A DNA stretch of 64,000 bases from Candidatus Latescibacterota bacterium (GTDB lineage: Bacteria; Latescibacterota; UBA2968; UBA8231). Where the stretch lies: contig OZ244561.1 of assembly GCA_965217585.1 (NCBI GenBank), forward strand, positions 6,560,001-6,624,000, given 5' to 3'. Shown in pieces: positions 58,467 through 64,000 of this stretch (within the stretch, counting starts at the first letter, position 1; every line of letters starts with the position of its first letter). A program made the translations under genes and the position numbers. A model generated the notes under the pieces. It was not told the DNA's origin. It saw only the letters and a list, made by a program, of their open reading frames with translations, and ran no database searches.

Positions 58467-60686
58467 TCAGAAGAATATCTTGTGCAGCAGGCGCAGGTTG
58501 CGGCCTGGCTCGGGCAGGATCTCTTTGACGCGGTTGAGGTGGTTGCGGTACACCGCGCCAGTGGCGTTTTCCAAGGTCAGAGAGAAGGTATGCAGCCGTC
58601 CCCCCCACTCCGCATAGTACTGACTCGAAAAATCCAGCACCGCGTAGCCCTCCGTAGGCTTTTCAAACTCGCCGATCTGGTTCTGCTCCGCCGCTAGGCG
58701 CAGATATACCGTCGCACTCAGCGCCTCGGTGGGTTCGCAGGTCAGGCCTAGGTGCCCTTGCAGGGGCGGCAGACGCGACAGGGGTTCGTCGTTGAGGTCG
58801 ATGAGACGGCCGCGCACATAGCTGAGGGTGCCAGCCACCTTCCAAGGCTCCGCTAGATGCCAATCGAAGTTGGCTTCGGCACCGTGCATGAGGACGCGCT
58901 CCCCCACGGTCCGGTAGAGGAAAAGATCGGCGCGCCGCAAGCTGCGCTCGCCGCTGTTCTTGGGGAAAATGTACCCGTCAATGGCGTTGCGAAAGACGGC
59001 CAAGTGCAGATGGCCTTCTTCGAGGTGGTAGTCGGCGAACAGTTCCAGTCCCAAGCCGCGTTCGCTGCCGAGGGCACCATTGCCCACCTCGTACGAATAA
59101 GCGGCCAAATGCGGCCCTTCTGAAAACAACTCTTCGATGCCGGGCGCGCGAAAGGTGCGCATCAAGGTCGTGCCCAGCGTCAGACCCGAGCTGGCGCGGT
59201 AGTGGTTGGACAGGCCGGCAGACATACCGGCAAAGTCGCGCGTCTGGATGCGGCCGACCCGCCGCGAGTCGCGTTCCTCGTGCGGCTCGATGCGGCGGGC
59301 GTCAACGCGCAAGGCCGCGTTGACCGCCCAAGGATCCTTCTCCCACTCTTGGTACGTGAACAAAGCGCCGGCGTATTCCTCGGCCGGCGGCGTGAAGTTA
59401 AGCCCGGCCGCGGCATAATTGCGGTACTCGTACCACAGGCCAATCGCGCCGTTTGCAAAAGGCCCCATGCGATCCAAGTGGGCCAGAGCGCCGCTGTTGT
59501 GCGTGAGCACGCCGAACTCCATCCCCAAGTCGCCACTAGCTTCGAATTCGCCGTGCTGATAGCGCGAAAACGAGTGATGCAACTCTAGGCGCTGAAGCCA
59601 GTCTGGCCCGGTGACAACTTCGCCGCGCCCTTCGAGGTGCTGGCGCTGAAGATCAATGGATACACCGTCCGGGTGGCCGCCCTCCGGGTCGGGAGGAATG
59701 CCGTAGTCGGAATCGTACAAACTGCCAGACGCGCCCACATGCCCCCAGGGACGCACCAGACTCAGGCCGACCGAAGCATTGCCCGTGCGGATGTCCGTAT
59801 TGGCGAGTTTCCCGTGCGGCGTGGCGATATCGTCGGCATTGCGCAGACTGCTGTCGAAGCGCAAGGCCAGTGGGCCGAGCCCCTGTTCGAGGGTTAGGCC
59901 GCCGGACAAACCTCGGTTGACGCTCTCCCCCTGATAGGTCACCGAGCCTCCCAAGCCATCGGGCCGCTCGGAGGGCACGTACCCCCGCACCACGTTGACG
60001 ACCCCGGCCAAGGCATTGGAGCCGTAGAGCAAGGTGCGGGGGCCGCGCACGACCTCGATGCGCTCGGTGGTCATCGGCTCAATGGCCACCGCGTGGTCCG
60101 AGGAGGTACCGGACAAATCGCCAGTGCGCTCGCCATCTTCGACCACCAGCAAGCGGTCGCCGCCCAGCCCGCGCAGCACCGGACGCGCGGGAGCTGGCCC
60201 CATCGAGCGCTGGGCAATGCCCGGCTCGTAGTCGATGGTCTCGGCGATGGTGCGGCTCAAATTCTGCCGCAGCTTGCTGCCGCTGAAGACAACTTCGGGT
60301 GTTTGGAGTGGAGAAACAGGGCTCGTGCGTTCGCCTTCGACGAGAATCTCCTCTACGTGCAGGGCCCCGTGGCCGATAACCAGATCGACATGGGTGGTAT
60401 CTCCGGTGACGACCTCGACTTCAAAGCGCGCTTCGTGGTAGCCGACGTGTAGGCTTTGCAGGACGTACGCGCCGGGGGGTACGTTGGCGAAGAAGAAGTA
60501 CCCCTCGGCGTCGCTCATCCGCGCCCGTTCGAGCCCCTCAATGACGACAGTAGTCCAACCGACGGGTTGGCCGCTTTCGGCGTCAATCACGTGGCCGGCT
60601 AGCGAGCCAGTCTGGTTATCGTTACCGGAGGCGGGTCCTACCGCCAAGCTGACGAGGACAAGGGATAAGAAAACGTAGAAGCGCAA
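58467..60686 (-). CDS. TonB-dependent receptor, ZnuD-like metal uptake
   Basis: N-terminal beta-sandwich; plug motifs RPVLRGLGGDR, DHAV, ERIEVVRGP..LLYGSNALAGVVNV; GPHLA; terminal F. Confidence 0.88.
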   Translation of the reverse strand: MRFYVFLSLVLVSLAVGPASGNDNQTGSLAGHVIDAESGQPVGWTTVVIEGLERARMSDAEGYFFFANVPPGAYVLQSLHVGYHEARFEVEVVTGDTTHVDLVIGHGALHVEEILVEGERTSPVSPLQTPEVVFSGSKLRQNLSRTIAETIDYEPGIAQRSMGPAPARPVLRGLGGDRLLVVEDGERTGDLSGTSSDHAVAIEPMTTERIEVVRGPRTLLYGSNALAGVVNVVRGYVPSERPDGLGGSVTYQGESVNRGLSGGLTLEQGLGPLALRFDSSLRNADDIATPHGKLANTDIRTGNASVGLSLVRPWGHVGASGSLYDSDYGIPPDPEGGHPDGVSIDLQRQHLEGRGEVVTGPDWLQRLELHHSFSRYQHGEFEASGDLGMEFGVLTHNSGALAHLDRMGPFANGAIGLWYEYRNYAAAGLNFTPPAEEYAGALFTYQEWEKDPWAVNAALRVDARRIEPHEERDSRRVGRIQTRDFAGMSAGLSNHYRASSGLTLGTTLMRTFRAPGIEELFSEGPHLAAYSYEVGNGALGSERGLGLELFADYHLEEGHLHLAVFRNAIDGYIFPKNSGERSLRRADLFLYRTVGERVLMHGAEANFDWHLAEPWKVAGTLSYVRGRLIDLNDEPLSRLPPLQGHLGLTCEPTEALSATVYLRLAAEQNQIGEFEKPTEGYAVLDFSSQYYAEWGGRLHTFSLTLENATGAVYRNHLNRVKEILPEPGRNLRLLHKIFF

Positions 60687-60689
60687 GCC

Positions 60690-61190
60690 CTAGCCCTCCT
60701 CGTCGGCGTGGGAGTCCTCAGAGCCCGGACCGCCTTCTTCGACGTGGATTTCGATTTCCTTAGAGACGAAGTCGGCGTGGCCTCCGTGGCTGATTTTGAT
60801 GACGATGGTGGTCTGGCCTTCCTCCAAGCCGACGATGTGAAAAGCCCAAGCACCGTCTTCCTCGTGATGCTCGACTTCGGCAATGCTCTCGTCGGCAATT
60901 TCCCAATCGAGAGCGAAACCATCGTCTTCGTCTGGAGTGAAGAGGTCGCCGTCTTCGGCGATAAAGCGCACGGATAGCAGGGCTGTTTCCAGGCCGTGGC
61001 CCACTGTAATTTCGCCTTCTACTTCTCCGTTCTCGTAGCGGACGATCTCCTCGCCGCTGCTGCGAATAATCAGGCCAACGGCCTCGGCGTGTTCTTCTTC
61101 GTGCTCGGTATCGACGGGGTTATCGTCGCCACAGCCAGCAGTAAAGAGGGCCAGGGCGAAGATGCTCAACGCGGATATGCTTTTAAACAT
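60690..61190 (-). CDS. His/Glu-rich lipoprotein, probable metal-binding TBDT partner
   Basis: Lipobox FTAGC; EHEEEH, HHEE, HGGHADF motifs. Confidence 0.7.
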   Translation of the reverse strand: MFKSISALSIFALALFTAGCGDDNPVDTEHEEEHAEAVGLIIRSSGEEIVRYENGEVEGEITVGHGLETALLSVRFIAEDGDLFTPDEDDGFALDWEIADESIAEVEHHEEDGAWAFHIVGLEEGQTTIVIKISHGGHADFVSKEIEIHVEEGGPGSEDSHADEEG

Positions 61191-61287
61191 GGTGCTAGTC
61201 TCCAATGAGTTAGGCCGTCCACGCACACACCCCTAGGCGTTGCGCGCAGAACAGGGATAATGGTACGCGAAATGGATATAGAGAGGG

Positions 61288-61323
61288 GCACCCACGCACT
61301 GAGCGGTTTACAAGCGTGGATGC
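61288..61323 (-). promoter_or_regulatory. Hairpin immediately after the leader ORF stop
   Basis: Minus strand GCATCCACGC...GCGTGGGTGC 10-bp stem. Confidence 0.5.
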
Positions 61324-61324
61324 A

Positions 61325-61639
61325 CTAGCACCGAGGCGGGCCTCGATTGAGATGAGTAAAGCGAGGGGTAAAAAGAGGTAACGGTACTGTGCACAGAGCG
61401 GACGGACTTGGCTCAGAGGCATTCAGCGCCACGAGCACGAGCACCAAGCTCCCAAAAAGGAGCGATAGGCCGCTCTGCAACAGGTAGGCCGGGCAGTGCT
61501 CTGGCTCGACGAGGCCCTCGTGGAAGAGCTGGTGGCTGAAGGGTAGTCCGCCGATTACAGCCGCAAAGAGCACTGTCAGCGCCAGCAGGGCCAGCGGGTA
61601 TGCCGAGCCTATCGGGATGTCCGTTTTGCGCGTTAGCAT
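61325..61639 (-). CDS. DUF2946/CruR-like leader protein with C-terminal RGPP motif
   Basis: TM helix, SHQLFHE..EHC, second hydrophobic segment, Pro-rich tail ending LNRGPPRC. Confidence 0.65.
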   Translation of the reverse strand: MLTRKTDIPIGSAYPLALLALTVLFAAVIGGLPFSHQLFHEGLVEPEHCPAYLLQSGLSLLFGSLVLVLVALNASEPSPSALCTVPLPLFTPRFTHLNRGPPRC

Positions 61640-61708
61640 GACCTTGGATTTTAGTATAGCGCTCCCCCTAAAAAAAGCAAATTCAAAAACTCGGGCCGTA
61701 GAGGCTTA

Positions 61709-61891
61709 GATGACCGCTTTACCCACTACGAGATAAGGGCCCCCTTCACCGGGACCATCATCTACAAACACATAACCCAAGGCGAAGTGCTCAAGGACGA
61801 TTCCGAAGCCTTCATCGTGGCCGACCTGCGTTCAGTGTGGGTTCTGTTGACGGCCTATCAGAAAGACCTGCCCTTCCTGCGCATCGGCCAA
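61709..61891 (+). pseudogene. Internal fragment of a CzcB/CusB membrane fusion protein
   Basis: YEIRAPFTGTII...GE...FIVADLRSVWV...DLPFLRIGQ with no start, joined to czcA. Confidence 0.75.
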
Positions 61892-61896
61892 GCCGC

Positions 61897-64000
61897 TTTC
61901 CCGATGTCTCGCCCAACCTAGTCCAAGTATTCACCGTCACCGAGGGCTTGGCTCCCGAAGAAATCGAAACCTACGTCACCTATCCCATCGAGACGGTGAT
62001 GAACGGCCTGCCGAGCATCGAGAACATCCGCTCCGTGTCCAACTTCGGCCTCTCGGTCGTCAACATCTATTTTGCCGACGGAATAGACATCTACTTTGCT
62101 CGCCAGTTGGTCAACGAACGACTCCAAGAGGCCCGAGAACAGATCCCGGAGGGCTTTGGCGAACCCGCGATGGGGCCGATTTCGACCGGCATGGGCTTGG
62201 TGCTGTTCTACTACCTCGAAGACACCACCGGCGAGCACTCGCGTCCGGCCCAGCCTAGTGGTGGCCCTGGCCATTCCCTTTTCAGTGCTGTTCGCAACCC
62301 TCGGCATGCACTATTTCGGCCTCTCGGCCAACCTCATGTCCCTCGGCGGCTTGGCCATCGCCATTGGCATGATGGTGGACGGGACCATTGTCGTGGTCGA
62401 AAACGTGGACCGCATTCTGCGCCAAGCCGAACCAGACGAGGGACGCATCCAAGTCGTAGCCCGCGCCTGCGTGGAAGTCGGCCGTCCCATTGTCTTCGCC
62501 ATCGTCATCATCATTCTCGTATTCCTGCCCTTGTTCACCCTGCAAGGGGTAGAGGGCAAAACCTTCCGCCCCCTCGCCTACACGGTGGCCATGGCCATGT
62601 TGGGCTCGCTGATTTTTGCCCTGTTCCTAGCCCCGGTGTTGTCGAACCTGTTGCTGCGGGCACCAAAATCCGGGCGCGAAGGCACCCAAGCCAGCGAAGG
62701 CTGGATGATGCGCCGCTTGGTGGCTGCTTATCGACCCATTGTCACGCGCTTCGTTGCCCACCGCTTCTGGGCACTCGGCTCAGCCGGCATCCTCCTGCTC
62801 ATCGGGCTGGCGATTTTTCCGCGCCTCGGATCGGAGTTTACCCCGGCCCTGCAGGAAGGCACCCTAGTCCTGCGGCTGACCATGGCCCCCTCCATCTCGC
62901 TCAAGGAAAGCACTCGCATCACCATGCTGGTCGAGCGCCGTCTATTGCAGATCCCCGAGGTTACCGGCGCGGTTTCGCGCATCGGTCGCGGCGAAATCGG
63001 CGCTCATACCGACCCCATCAACAACGCCGAGATGTTTTTGCTGCTCAAGCCCAGGGACCAGTGGCGCACGGCCCGCGACCAAGAAGAGCTACGCGAGATC
63101 ATTCGCGCCGAGTTGGGGGAAATTCCCGGTGTGCTGACCAACTTCACCCAACCCATTGCCATGACTGTGGATGAATTGCTCGAAGGGGTGCGGGCCGAAC
63201 TGGCGGTCAAGCTCTTCGGGGACGATCTGGACGTGTTAAAACAGAAGGCCGACGAAATCGCCCAAGTGGTCAATGCAGTTACCGGCGCGGCCGATGTCCA
63301 GGTGGACCAGATCAGCGGCACGCCCCAGCTACTCATCCAGGTTGACCGGCAGGCGATCTCCCGTTACGGCGTCAATGTGGCCGATGTGCAAAAGGTGGTG
63401 CAGGCGGCCGTGGGCGGCGAGACGGTGGGACAAGTGTTTGAAGGAACGCGCCGCTTCGACATTGTGGTGCGCTTCGCCCCGCAATTTCGCAGCAGCCCCG
63501 AGGCCATTGCCCAAATCCTGGTCCAGTCCCCCAAGGGCGTCCAGCTCCCGCTGGTTCAGTTGGCCCAGATCGAAGAAGTGGTCGGGCCGCGCCAGATCAC
63601 CCGCGAAAAGAGCCAGCGCTTCATCACGGTTCAGTGCAATGTCACCGACCGGGATATTGGCTCCTTTGTCGCGGACGCGCAAAAGGCCATCGCCGACCAA
63701 GTGGACCTGCCGCCGGGTTATCTGGTGACCTGGGGCGGCCAGTTCCGCCTGCAGCAAGAAGCCAACAAGCGGCTGGCCATCGTCGTGCCCATCACCCTCT
63801 TCGTGCTCTTCTTGCTGTTGTTTTCCAGCTTCAATTCGCTTAAAAACGCGACCCTTATCTTACTCAATATCCCGCTGGCGCTAGTGGGCGGAGTGGTGGC
63901 TTTGTGGCTGACCGGACAAAACCTGTCCGTGCCATCCTCGGTCGGTTTCATCGCTTTGTTCGGCATTGCCTTGGAAAACAGCATGGTGCTGGTGACCTAC
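61897..64000 (+). pseudogene. CzcA/CusA heavy-metal RND pump lacking its N terminus, with an internal deletion and frameshift; runs off the window end
   Basis: FPDVSPNLVQV...YFARQLVNERL to about 62240, then jumps frame at 62246 into RPSLVVALAIP...SANLMSLGGLAIAIGMMVDG, open to 64000. Confidence 0.8.

Noticed and set aside
61837-63174. 445-aa ORF as a real protein, or programmed frameshifting in czcA
   Set aside because: Only the middle part is CzcA-like; roughly 200 codons are missing at the frame switch, which indicates deletion

Overview
GC-rich bacterial chromosomal window. Gene content (FlgD-type C-terminal tails, a C-terminal SWGxIK tail, CRTAC1/ASPIC-UnbV, Calx-beta/FN3 proteins, TonB receptor) suggests an FCB-group organism such as Latescibacterota-like host-associated bacteria; this is inference only. 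The backbone carries ssb, an orphan ftsA, tRNA-Thr(CGT), mltG-pcrA/uvrD-mtaB-miaB, a carbohydrate ABC importer, GT-C glycosylation and heptose/nucleotide-sugar genes, sigma-54-type groES-groEL, and a metal TonB uptake locus next to a decayed czcBA. Most notable features: (1) three insertions stacked at the TGA stop of the TonB receptor gene: a 5.2-kb element with 15-bp TIRs, a TCA duplication and no DDE transposase, an intact IS5, and a 509-bp toxin-antitoxin fragment; (2) two independent cargo inserts, each bounded by a duplicated gene 3' end (122 bp with almost purely synonymous differences; 51 bp exact); (3) a translationally coupled trio of inactive SF1 helicase, active SF1 helicase and stand-alone 4-Cys PD-(D/E)xK nuclease, resembling a three-subunit AddAB-type machine; (4) a 177-nt Y-shaped structured RNA candidate with twin UCCUCUG loops; (5) an RGPP-ending leader ORF in front of the metal uptake genes. 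All family calls come from motif recognition, not database searches.
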